DNA from: Klebsormidium nitens
Taxonomy: Eukaryota > Plantae > Klebsormidiophyceae
Direction: 5' to 3'
DNA length: 64,000 bases
Assembly: GCA_000708835.1 (NCBI GenBank)
Contig: DF236962.1
Coordinates: 372,001 to 436,000, forward strand
In this document: one piece after another, positions 36,404 to 49,100 of the stretch
Numbering within the stretch: position 1 is the stretch's first letter
Layout: each line of letters starts with the position of its first letter
Program-made: the position numbers and the translations under genes
The notes under the pieces: model-generated
The model's input: only the letters and a program-made list of their open reading frames with translations
Told to the model about the DNA's origin: nothing
Database searches by the model: none

Positions 36404-39400
36404 TCAGCGTCTTCGGCCAGTCACGCATGCCCAACCATCTTCTGTCGTGACCTGTATATCCTCCAAGTACTCTTCATAAGTCCTCACAACCCGGGGGACT
36501 TGTTCCTCCAGCACTCCTGATAAACCAACCACCGCTCCTGGTTTAGCGTAGCCTGTAATCGTTTTCGCCAACGCAACCAACGGGTTTAGCAGGATGTTCG
36601 CAACGACAATGTCGAAGGCTCCCACGCCCCCCTTCGCTTCGTCCGAGTCTCTGACGACTGAGATGTTTTCCGGGAGCGGGTTGCCGGCGCTTTCTCGATC
36701 TGCTAGGTAGACGCGGAGGGTTTCCGGCTTCAGGCCGTTCCGCTCGGCGTTGTGGCGCGACGCGGTGATGGACAGCGGATCGATGTCGACACCGACGGCC
36801 TGCGCTGCTCCCAACTGCGTGACGGGATCGCCGGTCCTTACAGCCCTTTGTTGACGGCTTTGTCAAATTTCTTTCGAAATGTAGGTGACGCACCCGCAAA
36901 ACGAGAGCGTAATCCGAGGCTTGCGTATACATCGGTGTTGGGAAGCAACGCTCAGCCATCGCCGGTGGAAAGGATAATCGTTTTGTGCTAAGTTCTACAA
37001 TTGGTACAACTTAGGAAGGCCCGAACGGTCAAGGCTTTAACTTGGAGCTGGAAAACCTCTCGAAACGGCTTGAACCAGATTAATGTCGACCAAAAGAACG
37101 GCACAATCCGACGCGAACACGTTTGCTATAAAGAAAGAAAAGCACAAAGAAAGCACAAAGAAAAGCGGATGAAGCGACGACTTAACGAATGTCCTTTACG
37201 TATCCGAAGCTTAGCATTTGCGATATGCGATATTCGAGATTTCGTTTGCCTTGAAAGAGGTTGCTGGCAAACAAAAGATTCAAGGTAAAAAGTCCTGCTC
37301 AACTGCAAAAGTTCGTCCCAAGTGACACGCTCTTTGGAAATGCTCACTTTTCCGGTTTCCGAAAGATCTCAGCAGACCAAACAAAGTTTGGATCACCGAC
37401 CTCGCTCTTCTGACCGTCAGAATGACAAGGAATCGGCGACAAACTACTGAATTCTGCTCACAAGAATACCAGCCACGCTCAACTAAACGGAAAACTACTC
37501 AAGATGACGTCACTCTGCTGCGCTTTCGACGCCGACGTACCTTGACCGCCGCGATCGCCAAGATGCCCGACCCGATCCCGTAGTCCATAACGCGCTCCCC
37601 GCCCTTAACCACGCTCCTAATCCACGCCAGGCACAGCCGCGTCGTTGGGTGATCCCCCGTTCCGAAGGCCACCCCGGGCTCGAGAAAGACGTTGATGGCG
37701 CCCGGGTCGATAGGCTCACACCAGGACGGTATGACCCACAGCCCCCGGGAGATCTCTACCGGTTGGTAGGAGGCCTGGGGTAAAATTTGGTCTTTTTAGG
37801 GATATTGAAGGTTTTAGCATTCTCCAGAAACTAGGGGACTCCAGACTCATAGGGTCTTTCAGGTCTCATACCGGTTGGAATGACCCACAGCCCCCGGGAG
37901 ACCTTTACCGGTTGATATCGACGCCTGGAGAAGAATTTAAGGGTTTCAGCTGTTTTACGAAGGTTGTAGGATACTTCTAAGCTTCATACGAGGCCCGGAG
38001 TAGGGGTTTTCGAGGTTCTAAGGTTGCATAAAAGGGTATTAGGAGTGTTTTCGAGCCTTACATCGGTTGATATGAGACCCTGAAGTAGGGGTTTTACATT
38101 TTAGGGGTTTCTCGAAAAAGGGTTTTCGGGTTCTCTCAGGGCTCACACCGGTTGGTATGAGGCCTGGGGTGAAGTCGATGAACTGGTCAGTCGGTTGGCG
38201 AGCATCGAAGCTCTAGGGCAAGCAGCCTGGGCAAGTTGGTCTATAGATCGAGCAACTTGTCAACCTGGAGTTGGTTGGTCGGACTTCCAAAGTTGGCGGC
38301 GCTGATCATTTTGAATCTCTCAGAAGCTTCTAACCGCGATGTAGTTTCACGTTTTCAGAATGATCACGTCCACAGTAAAGCCCTGACCTGGTTGCAGATG
38401 TATGTCTACTACAAGACGTCTGACTTTTTGGCCAGGAACAACCGGCCGGGTTGCAGTAGAAGGGTCTTTAAAAGATCGCAGTACGGTTTACTACTTTCAA
38501 ATACAATTAGGCGTGCATGACGTCACGCTGACAAGTTCATAGGATTTGGAAGCGGTCCGTCCGCCACCACGGTGGCGTTGACCGTCGAGCTCCCATGTGC
38601 AAATCTGAACCGTTCAATCGACCAGTGCCAACAATCATACGGGTCAGATTACGGCGGGATCAAAGATTTGAGGCCAAATCACAAAGACGATTACATACGA
38701 CTTGGATGTCATTGGAGCACCCCCCTCTTACCTTGATTGTTTCCACCCAGTCCTGGTCTTTCGTCATGCTGACGTCATACTGCGGCGGGCCTGGGAGCCC
38801 GAGTATCTCTGCGGCTTCTTCAAGGGCCTCCTTGATGCTGACGTCGGCAGGAAAGAGGGCGGTCACGGCGCTCTGCTCGGGAAAAAAAGCTATTGATTGG
38901 GAACAATCAGTGAATTGCATACAGGTCAAAGGCAAGTTTAAGCAGAACCCAGTCTCTGCAACGAGATGGAAACGTAGGGGAGTTTGAGACGAGGGGCAAT
39001 GGAGGCAAGGAAAAGAACGGAAAGAACAACTAGGAGGATGTTCGCAGTCGTATCCGAAGGTCCACCCAAAACGGAAGAAAAGGACAGAGATTGTTGCCGG
39101 CGAAGGTCTCCGATGTTGTCTTTTATACTTGGTATCGAGGATAGAAAGAACTTCCGAGCTCGACTTACTCCCACAATCTAATATCAGAGACTGGGGACCC
39201 AAGTAAAGCGTGGACAATAAAACACGAAACCAAGAGGAGCAAAGATCGACGGAAGAGATGACATATCCACCAGATTATCGCAGTGTTGGTCAAGTGGATA
39301 TGTGCAACCGTAATAGATGCAATTTTGAGGTGAGTCCAAGTGAAGCAACGTTCTCAGAACAGACATTCCTCGAGGACAAGTGATGCCACAAACCACGATT

Positions 39401-41668
39401 GGATAGAAGAAGCAAAAAGGCTAAAACAGAAAAGCATCGAGTCCGATGTAGAGATTTGACCTAGCGACCGATTGGAAAAGCATGACAAAGAGGCTTACCT
39501 TTTCCCATAGCCTCATGTCTGCAGGGGATCCCCAAGGCTCCGGCCCCGAGTAGATCTGCATGAATAGGGGCCGCCGGTCAGCATTTGACAGGTGGCGCTT
39601 AACAGCTCACCGCAACCAGAAACTAGTCAAACGAGTTCTTGCACCGTGCTTTGATCAGCCAACCGACCTGTTGTGCTTCGCAAGAAGACGAGGTAGACCA
39701 AAATCTGTTTGTTTGATGAGCCAAGGGCTCGGGTGGCGGCTCAACTGTGGTTCACAGCACCTCTGATTGAGGCCGCTGAGTACACAGGTTCCTTGGCAAT
39801 TCAAAAACGATAAAACGGCAATCGGGGGGCAAGCGCCCCCTGCTTGAGGAACAAAGTCCATGCACGCGGAGAGAATTTCACCGAAGGAGACGGCCACCAC
39901 GCTTATCCTGAATATTTTTTGAATATTTTTGAATATTGTTTGAAACAAGCTGCGCTTGTCAATTTGAGTGCAAAGGGTACGTGTAGCAAGGTCCGGAGGT
40001 GGACATTAAGCTGGTTACTGGTGGCCAACCATAAGAGCCAGTTTCTTCGCAGGAGTCTGCGGCTTTCAAGCTGGTGCACATCTCGAATCTATGTCATCTC
40101 TCGGCACCAATTCCTAACAGGCTAAAGGGATGAAGGAAACGGTTTCCGAAGCTGACCATGACAGATGAAAAGTGCATTACTTGCCTAGACACGGTTGTCA
40201 GCCTGGCTCGCAAACATAGCATACCAAAAAAAATGGTCACTCTGAACAGGAACCACACCTCGTCACTTTACTTTCACCTCACTACTTGATGACGGCTAAT
40301 GTGCCTCTGCCTGATGTCAACCAAATAGCTTTAAAGCAATCATTATTACAACTAGGTGCGGCTGACTCACCTCCTCCTCCCCTTCCTGGTCCAGGTTGGC
40401 ATCTTCAATGCTGCAGGAAGCAGCCCCGCAGCCAAGCAGGGCATCGCAGAGCGCGTCCTGGATGGACATACAAAAAGGAGGATGTCAAATTGCACGGTGA
40501 GATGGATGAAAGACCATAGCTTCAATCAAGCTATCTATCAATCACATGTGATGAAACAAAGGGCCAGAAAAGGAAAAGTGGGGGGCTTGAGGCAACGGCA
40601 GCCCCCCCGTTTTAAAGGTTCAAAGGGGGCTGGAAGTATGTACTGGGCACAATTCATGCAGATTAGAGTAATCTGAGGCGAGTATAATAGCCACCGCTAA
40701 CCAAGCCTTGCCATCCTGCACAGCATCTGTTTCCTTTCTAAAGCTTACGTTGAGGGCAGAAGACCTTTAAATGGAGACTTTGAATTTATCCACTTTGACA
40801 AACTGTGCAGATGAGCAAGCGAATTGGACTCAAGCTGACTGGCATTAAGATGGTGTCAGAGTCTGGGTAGAGGTGAACCTGAAACTGCAACCTGCATCTT
40901 GCCCCCCCCAGCGACGGCAATGCAGCGTAACCTGGTCGTTCATTGAAAAGAGGATCAAAGCTGTTCAAAGGAGAGACCTAAAGAGGCTACCTACATTGGA
41001 AGTTTTAGTTTTGATAAGAGGGTGGTGCAGGTTCAGCAAGAATGTTGGTGATAGCGCAACTTACAGCATTGTCTCCTTCGACGTAGATCTTTGCAGCTTG
41101 CATTGATCCTCCCAGCGCCTCTGCATCATACTGACTGTCATGACTTTTGCTGCTCGCATCATACAACGGAGCTTCTCTCTTGCTTGACCCGTTTCCAGAA
41201 GCTGTGCAGGGTGTGTCTGTCTGTATAGAGGCAAGGCGAAAAACATGACCCGTCTGAAATTGACGATTGTGAAGGAGTGTTCCGGAAAAGCCGATTGCTG
41301 TCCAGCTCGGAAAGAAGCTCTTCCAAGTGTGCAGTGGTGGAATATTTACTGCCAACTTCTTCAGCATATTTCTGGGTGGGGAAATGCAGGCTGCATTCCA
41401 CCTGCATAACTTCTTCACAACACTGACAGTATCCATTGCTCTGAAAAGACTGTTCACCAGCATGTCAAGCGCAATGCCCGGTACCTTAGTACACTCAAAG
41501 TTACAGCATTCCGCATGGACCGGAGTGGCTGCTTCAAGCAGTCACGTGTGCTAATGACACTTTTAAAGACACCACTTGAACGGCCTTGGAAGTCATAGAC
41601 TTAGTCTAGTGCCTACCTGCCCGTGCTATAGCTGCAATGGACCTGCAAACCGCCATTTGCATTGCCAT
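36404..41668 (-). CDS. prmA: Ribosomal protein L11 methyltransferase (PrmA) with organellar transit-peptide-like N-terminus; exons 41668-41617 (tentative), 41390-41065, 40457-40371, 39555-39499, 38872-38732, 37774-37541, 36814-36404
   Basis: Spliced product contains DALCDALLGCGAASCSIED, DQDWVETIK, LWVIPSW, LEPGVAFGTGDHPTTRLCL, VMDYGIGSGILAIAA, GVDIDP, FDIVVANILLNPL, GLSGVL and DGWACV, all PrmA hallmark segments. Joins are frame-consistent. Confidence 0.92.
37725..38175 (-). repeat. Intronic echo copies of the PrmA acceptor and exon start
   Basis: On the + strand, ATGACCCACAGCCCCCGGGAGA..ACCGGTTG..GGCCTGG (37730-37780) recurs at 37880-37930, with shorter pieces at ~37863, ~37985, ~38058 and ~38142. 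Confidence 0.8.
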
Positions 41669-42106
41669 GGCCTTGAGGAAAGTCTTCACAAAGCTTCAAG
41701 TTCAGGCTTGAAGGCGAGCTAGGTGTGTGGTTCCGTTTCAATGAAGTTTCTGCGCTAGGCCGTCGGAATGCAGCGCGGCCGCACACTGCATTAACCGGCC
41801 GGCCGCGCGGCCGCGCTACAACTTTATAATCACAGCCAGGGTTTGACGGTTCACGCTCGCGCACGAACAGTTGTACAGTTCAGGTCCTGAATAATGACAC
41901 CGTGGAGTTGTTCAGGGGGGGCAAATTGTGATTCTGCCGCTAACAGGGGGCCACCTGCAAAAACGGATCGAGGGAGGAAGAAAAAGCAGATGCTGCCCTC
42001 ATCCCCATCCAGTTGAACAAAGTAGCCGGGTCCAATCAGATTTTGCCACCTGAGCATGCAAAACCGACGACGCAACAGACTTTCTAACCGTTTTGCATGT
42101 CCAATT

Positions 42107-42488
42107 GTACTTGCGATAGGGTAGGTACTCGCGAGCCTGTGCGCAACCGTCGTTGACTCCAATCTTCATTCCGGTACCTGCGTTGCAGTGTACAAGACAA
42201 GAGGTAGGTACCGGCTCTCTGACAAAAGTTCGTTGTAGGTACCTGGTCCGTACGTGGGAACTTTCAAGGTACGGTACCTCGGATACCCTACTAAAAGTAA
42301 AAGTCTCATGTAACTAGGTAGGTAACTACCGGCCGGCGGTACCTAGAAGGGTGCATACCGCCAAAACTCAAGGCAGGGAGGTACAGACCAGGATGGAGAA
42401 TAAGGTACGTACCCAATACTAGCTTAAGTATATAGGTACCAATTTCGCGATGGGACTCATGTACCGTAATGTACAAGGTACTAGGTAC
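42107..42488. promoter_or_regulatory. Dense GTAC/GGTAC array (18 GTAC in ~380 bp) in the divergent PrmA/ARM intergenic region; candidate SBP/SPL (copper-response-type) element cluster
   Basis: GTAC counted at 42107, 42125, 42174, 42190, 42208, 42239, 42250, 42269, 42274, 42339, 42381, 42405, 42409, 42436, 42461, 42471, 42478 and 42485. Function is inferred. Confidence 0.5.
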
Positions 42489-43134
42489 CTACTACTAGCC
42501 TTAGGTATCTAGATCAACACTCGATCAGCTCCTCAGGACCTCAAGTGCAAACGTACTGGAGCACCATTCCTAGGGTTCCCGCCTTCTTGTTGGATGATCA
42601 GCACATTCCTACTTGCCCAGGCTGAAGCTGCATCACATCGCCTAGCCTGCCCTTGGCATGGGTATGGAAAGAAGTATCTGTGTGCAGCAAAAGCGCTCGC
42701 GTGGAACTGCTCCTTCCGCTGCACGATGAGGTGGTGGGTCGTCCATGAGAAATCCATGCTGCAAGTGGCAAAAGCATGAGCTCCTCACGCTCTTTGCCAC
42801 CTTCTCTTCGAGGAAAGAAGGGCAATTCTTATGGCACATAGCTCTGCAGCTGTTGCAAGGGCCTAGATGCAGGGAGTAAATGCACTACTATCCTGATTGA
42901 CAAGCGAAGAGCTTCAGGCCAAGCAATAATGTAGCATTCGTGGGAATTGGACTGACCGCTCCTACCGAGTTCAACAATTGGACCAAACACCGGACTTTCT
43001 TCCCAGTTGTACAGCTGAGGGCAGCTGGTAAACTGCCACTGCTTAACTTAAGTCTTAAGGGCAGCTTAGGCAGGATGGGAGTAGGAGCTGGAGGGCGTGG
43101 CTGCTGAGCACTGGGGCAGGGCGCAGGTGCCAGC

Positions 43135-46100
43135 ATGGACCCACGCTACCAGATGATGAGGGGTCAGGGTGCGGGGCACCCGCTTCTGGAGTTTCCTAGT
43201 GACGATGAGCTCAGGGCAGGGACGTCCTCAGAAGGGATGATGCCAGAGGTGGCACACAACCTTGTTGACCCTTCGCTTTACATGGTGAGCCTGGTGGCAC
43301 ATTCTAAAGTTGTCATGTTTTTCTCCTCTGAGTATTTTGTTGATCAAGTGGTCAAAGGCTTCGCTTTTCGCCTTTCCCTTTTGTGCGCTGCATGTTGACT
43401 AGTGCTACCAGGCTCCATCAGGCAGCTTAAGCATGTGCATAGAAGGCTTCGAGGAAATGAAAGCGTCAAAATGGTAAGCTGCGGTAAAGTTGGTGGATTA
43501 AGTTTTTGCTAGTTTGCTAGAGGTTGCTTTTTAATCTTCGACGCACTCCTAGTTGTGGCAAGGGCCTTGTAATCTCCCATGCAATCTGTCAGCATGCCTC
43601 TCTAGCATAGTAATCCGACCTTACAATGTATTTCGCTGTGTACCACAACGAGTCCGAAGCATACCACCTCAAAATTTTGGAGGGGTATGCCAAATAAGCA
43701 TGCACAGGCAGACTTCAATAAGGGTTTAAAAGGCTCCTTGGCCAAATGGCACTTGCAGACTATGACAGATACTACAAAAACCCTCCGTCTTTGCAACGTA
43801 TCAGAATGACACGGCCAGACTCAAGGTCTTGGAAACTTGAGAGGTTTTGCACCTGGCCTTGACGAAAATGATGTATTCAGGACCTTGCAGAGGCTAGAAG
43901 TCACACGTAACCAGCTGCTTCACTGAGGTGCAAGGGCAGAATTGCAGTGGAAGCTTCTTACTTTTGCTTCCTCTTCACTAATTCGCCCGCACATCATATA
44001 GTCTTTCGCGCTCTAGAAGCCTGCTTAGACAGAAGCTTCGTCATGCACGGGGTGAGCCATGGAGTAGGATGAGAAGGAAAGAAACAGCTGCGCTTCCGCC
44101 AGACCATTCGAAGCGGCGCTAGTCAAGCCATGCTAATATCAAACATCGCCTGTTGCAGCCCTAACAAAGCCCTGGTTTAAGAGAGCCTACTTGCCCGTGA
44201 CCCCAGGGATCCCCAACTAGGATGCAAAATCTACATTCACTGGGGCCCTGCTAAAAAGCAAAGCTTCTTGACATACAGGAGGCGGCTCAGCTGCACGACC
44301 CCACATTCCACCCGCAAGCCATGTTCAACCCCGAGAGCCCCTTCCACCAACTTCTCCCTAACAGTCCCGCTCCTGGAAATGGCGCCCTCCTCCCTGCCGA
44401 GTACTTTGACTCTCTGCTGAACGCCTATGGCGTTGGGTTGGACCCCCGCCAAATGGCCGAGGCACGCTTGCAGTCCCAAGGGGGGCGGCAGTCAAACCCA
44501 GCCGCATTTCTTCATGACGGGGGACTTGACGTGCTGGCTGCGGAGACCCCCCGGGACGGAAACACCTTCCCAGGGGGTTTCGGCCACCCGGGTAGCAACT
44601 CCCCAGTTGACATGTACGGCGCACTCCAGCGCTTTGCTGCCAGCTTTGCCACCTCCCAGGGGGGTTTGGGGGCCCCTGTGGCAACCCCCCGTCAACTGGC
44701 CGCGGAGGAGCCGTCCCCATACCCCCCCCCAAGGGGGATGGAAATGAACTACACTACTCTCGGCCACTTTCCCGAGGCCGACGGGGCATCACACGGCAGG
44801 ACAAGCCAGCCCCCGGAGCAGGGGTTCAATTCGCGGGTGCTGACGTCAGCGGCGTGCATCACTGCGATGATCCAGAAGCTGCGGAGTCCTGAGGACGGTG
44901 TGAGAAGGGAGGCGATGCAAGCAATTAGAATGTGGGCCGGGTCTAGTCTGCTGCACCAGAGAGCCGTGGCGGCAGCGGGGGCTATCCCCCCTTTGGTGGA
45001 CGTGCTGAGGACTCCGAGCAGCACAGTTGTAAGTGTCTCACTGTGCAGCAAACGCACTGCTTCGGCTTGCGCTTTGAGTTTTTCAGGTTTTTTGGTGGAA
45101 AGGACTTGATGAGAACGTATTTCAACAATTGAACGTTTTGTTGTTTGACTGAGGCTTAGAGTAACTTTCTTTCTTCTTCCCTGAGCTTATGAATAGCGTT
45201 TCTGGAGACCTTCAGGGACTCCACTGTTTATCAAGTGTCAAAGGGTGGGGATTAGAATGCTTGCAGAAATGGAAAGCATATTCTAGCAATGCGGACTAGT
45301 CCTCTATACCTCACCGCACGCACACATTGACTCGAGTCACAAGCCTTGTCATGGGTGTCGTGCTGCCAGGGTTTTGTCTTTCTCACCGCATAGGCAGTCA
45401 GAAGCTGGTCTAGGCTGATACCAGGGCACAGACCTCAATCAGCCTCCCCTGCTTTCAATGGCATACGTATACCCAGTCCCGATGAAGTTCCATACGTTTG
45501 GAGGCCGTTTTTCAGTCCTCACTTTATTTCGCTAACCCCATTCCCTCCACTCCATTCCCTCCACAGGTCTGGGTGGAAGCCGCTCAGACTCTAGCCAGCT
45601 TAGCAATCAACAACGAGGAAAATAAAGCGTCGATTGGGTTAGCGGGCGCAATCCCCCCCTTGGTTAATCTGCTGGGGCTTCCAAGCCGGGAAGCAAGGGA
45701 GGCGGCGGTCGGAGGTCTCAGCTGCTTGGCTCGAAATGAGCATAACAAGCAGGCAATCATGGACGCAGGTGAGTGGCCAGCTTTAAACGTGTGGACTTTG
45801 ACGGATGCTGAGCAGGCGCCAGATCTTGCTCTCCAGAGAAGGACTGGAAGCTGATTGAGGGTATACATGTGAAGGGGAGTCCGCTTACTCAGGGATGGTG
45901 CTGGCATTGCAAGGATTGAAGAATGGCCTGGAGTGGGCTCAAAGAGCGCTTTGTCGTGTGATGCCGAGATATACAGCTTTTCCCAGGGGCTAAATGAAAT
46001 AGCACGCGCAGATTGCGGTGTTGTGGATTCCAGTTGTGCTAATGGGGGAATTATGGGAGAATGTTTTAGAACACCGTACTTAGCCGTATCTGAAAGAGAG

Positions 46101-49100
46101 TCATATGCTTATGTTTGAAGAAAGAGAGCCAAGAAAAAGGCAGAGAATGAGGAAGGATTGTCCTTCAGGAGGATTTCAAGCAAGATGGAGGGAACTGGCA
46201 CAGTCATGGCGTCAGAAAAGCGCCATTCGAGAGATATGTCGAGCTTTTCATGGGTCAGGGCTTATCAAGATACGGAGATTCATGCTGATGGAGCGCTCTT
46301 TATTAACGCGTCTTGTAGGTGCTGTCACGGGGCTGGTACGCATGCTGACCGACGGGGACAACAACAGCGAGTTTGGGCGCGAGGCAGCGGCAAACGTGCT
46401 CGCCAAGCTTGCGGTAAGGGGGCCAGAGACCGTCGCCTAGTTTATCCCGGAATTCTGTGTCCTAGTGACTAGCAATAGGCTTCCTTCAGGTTTGACTTCT
46501 CATCTCATGTTATGCATCGTTGCACGTGACCCGCAGAGCAATTATATAGCCCAATTTAAAAACATTCAAGCAATCTTTGTGACATTGGATTGACCAGCCA
46601 CTTCGATCAAAGCAGCTAGACTTTTGGCTGCCCATTGCTATTCGTTTGATGTGGGCGCATGTTCTGGGCAGTTGCTGCCAATCTGAGGCCAGATTTGTAA
46701 GCAACAGAACGAATTTGCGTGTGTGGATTGCGTATGAAGGTAGAGGCGATGTTGGTGGCAGAAGAAGTAAGAGTTATTTGAAGTTTGATTGGTACTTATG
46801 AGTGGGCTTGAGCGGTCCTGATCTGCGGAAACGCGTGAAAAGAAGCCGCTGATCCAGACCAATCTTGAGGCGCCTTTCTTTTCTTCTCTTTTCTCATCGG
46901 AAAGTGCTCGAATCCAAAATGAAGCTTGATATTAAGCCTGCTGGTCGTAACCCCGCAGGTGGAGAACGACGCAAATAAAAAGGCGATTGGGCAGTACGGT
47001 GCAATTCCGTTCCTGATCCGGATGGTGGAGCACGGGTCCGCCAAAGAACAGGAAGTGGCGGCCGGGGCGCTTGCTAATCTTATTCAGGTGAGACCCAAAT
47101 CAAGCAATCCAGACTGGGATGTTCGGCACTAATCCAATGTGTGCCGCAAACTTAGGAATGACACTGCCATACTATCTGGCTATTTCACTCTCTGGAAGAG
47201 CGGGCTTTTCTTCATTACAGTCAGTTCTTCTGGCACTTTCAATTGATAGGGAGAGCGGCTACTTTACGGGTCCACGACAGACACACAACATTTCCGAAGC
47301 GCCCGACCGAAAGCTACTCTCGAACTTAAACCTCAAGGTTTCACATGCTGATCTCGAAATAACTTCTGGTTTGCAGGACCCGCAAAACGCGCTGGAGCTC
47401 GTCGGCGCGGGGGGCGTGGAGGCGCTGTCCGAACTTTTGGACTGTCCGTGGGAGGGGGCGCGCCAGGCGGCGTCGGCTGCGCTGACGCAAGTCAGCGTGC
47501 ACGAGGCCAAGTGGAACGAGGAGTTCAACCTGCTGCAAGCACAGGGGCTCGAGGTGGGAGCTGGAGCTGCCACGTTGACGTGTGGGCTTGAGGGTTCAGG
47601 CTTGTTTCGCTGTCGATTTGGTTGGAAGGGGGGCTCGAAGAATGTTCACCGGAACGAGAATGTGGGTCTGCTGCAAACAGTGGGGCTGGGAGATGATCTC
47701 CGCATCACAGTAGGCTGAAATCTAAGTTACCTGTTTGAGAGGTAATTCCTGTCAAGGGGTCTGACGCTTTCTCGTGTTATATTCTCGTCAATATTAATTT
47801 CGAACTTGCATGCCGTTCCCTCCGACTTCCTCATGGGAAGCCCCACAGCCCGCCTTGATCACATAGCGAAAGCGTTTGTCGAGTTCTTTGATGGATTGCG
47901 GGACAAGAAATTCCGGTCTGGTCATTCTGAACCCCGCCCTTGACCCGGAATTGTCAATTCTGCAGGACGGCCTGCAACCAGTCGACGACGAGGACGAGCT
48001 CACTATGGACGAGGTGCGTGCCGCTGAGGAAATCCTCCGCAACGCCATCAACGATAACGGGGGGGAGGAAGACGAGGACGATGTGCCCCCCGAAGCGGAA
48101 CCCCCGGCAACCGATGAGGTAGGAGGGGAGCGGGGAGAAGAGGAGGACCAGCCGGATGACGTCAGCATCAGCGAGGCGGAGAGCTCGGACGAGGACGTGC
48201 CGCTGGTGAAGAGACGGGGCGCGGTGACGTCACAGGCGGCGTCGGCGAGAGCGGCTGACGTCGTCGAGGGCGTCGCTGACATCACCAAGGAGGGGAGAGA
48301 GCCCCCGGAGGACGTTCCGCTGGCGATGCGGTTCCGGGTTCCGTTGGAGGAGGCGGGGGCGGCGCGGCGGCGGAAGGGGGCCAAGAAGCAGGGGCGGAAA
48401 CAGGGGAGGAAGAAGCGAGTGGTGAAAATTCCGGAAAAGGGGGGGGCAGACTTGGTTGCGGAGGAGGGACAGGAAAAGATTGCCGCGGAGGGGGGGGGAG
48501 AAGCGAAGCTTGCAGAGGGGGGGGCGGAAGCGAGCGTTGCAGAGGCGAGCGAGCAGTCGTCAGAGGAGGACGTTCCGCTGGGCATGCGGAAACGAGTGAT
48601 GTCGGAGGAAGATCTGCCGATCTTGGCAAAGGGGCTGAAGCCTCTAGTTCTGGACGAGAGCATTCCGCTGGGGGTGGGGGTGGCGCGCGCGCCGAAGCGG
48701 CGGAAGCTGGAGCTGCGGCGCGCGGGGTCGGGTGACGTCAGCAGCCGGGACGGGTCCGAGAGCGAGCGCCCGAAGCGGAAGCGCCGCCGGGCTTCAGTGG
48801 CAGAGAGGTGGGGCTCGGGCTTTTGTTCTTCTCTCCTTTTTAAAGAATGCTTTTGATCTGTAGCATCTTCTCAAAAAGAGCTGACTGGCGCGTGCCGAAC
48901 CAATCGAGATTGAGGCGTTGAAAGAGGAAGCAAACGGACGGCCTGTTCGTGGTGAGGGCGATAGGCAAGCCCTTGGACCGCATGCCGCTTAGACTTGCTC
49001 CGTCTGGAACAAGACCTTGCAGATCAACAAAGCCCGTAAGCTATTTCTGGATAGCCCAGCCGTTAAAGCGCCTACGTTTTGTGCCAGGCAATATAACTGC

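Noticed and set aside
37577-37600. PrmA SAM motif DYGIGSG (Ile where Thr/Cys is usual)
   Set aside because: All motif-I glycines and the other catalytic segments are intact; a single variant gives no evidence of altered function.
37795-38140. TTTTAGGG/TAGGGGTTTT telomere-like words
   Set aside because: Not a tandem telomeric array; explained as duplicated intron 3'-end pyrimidine tracts of PrmA on the minus strand.
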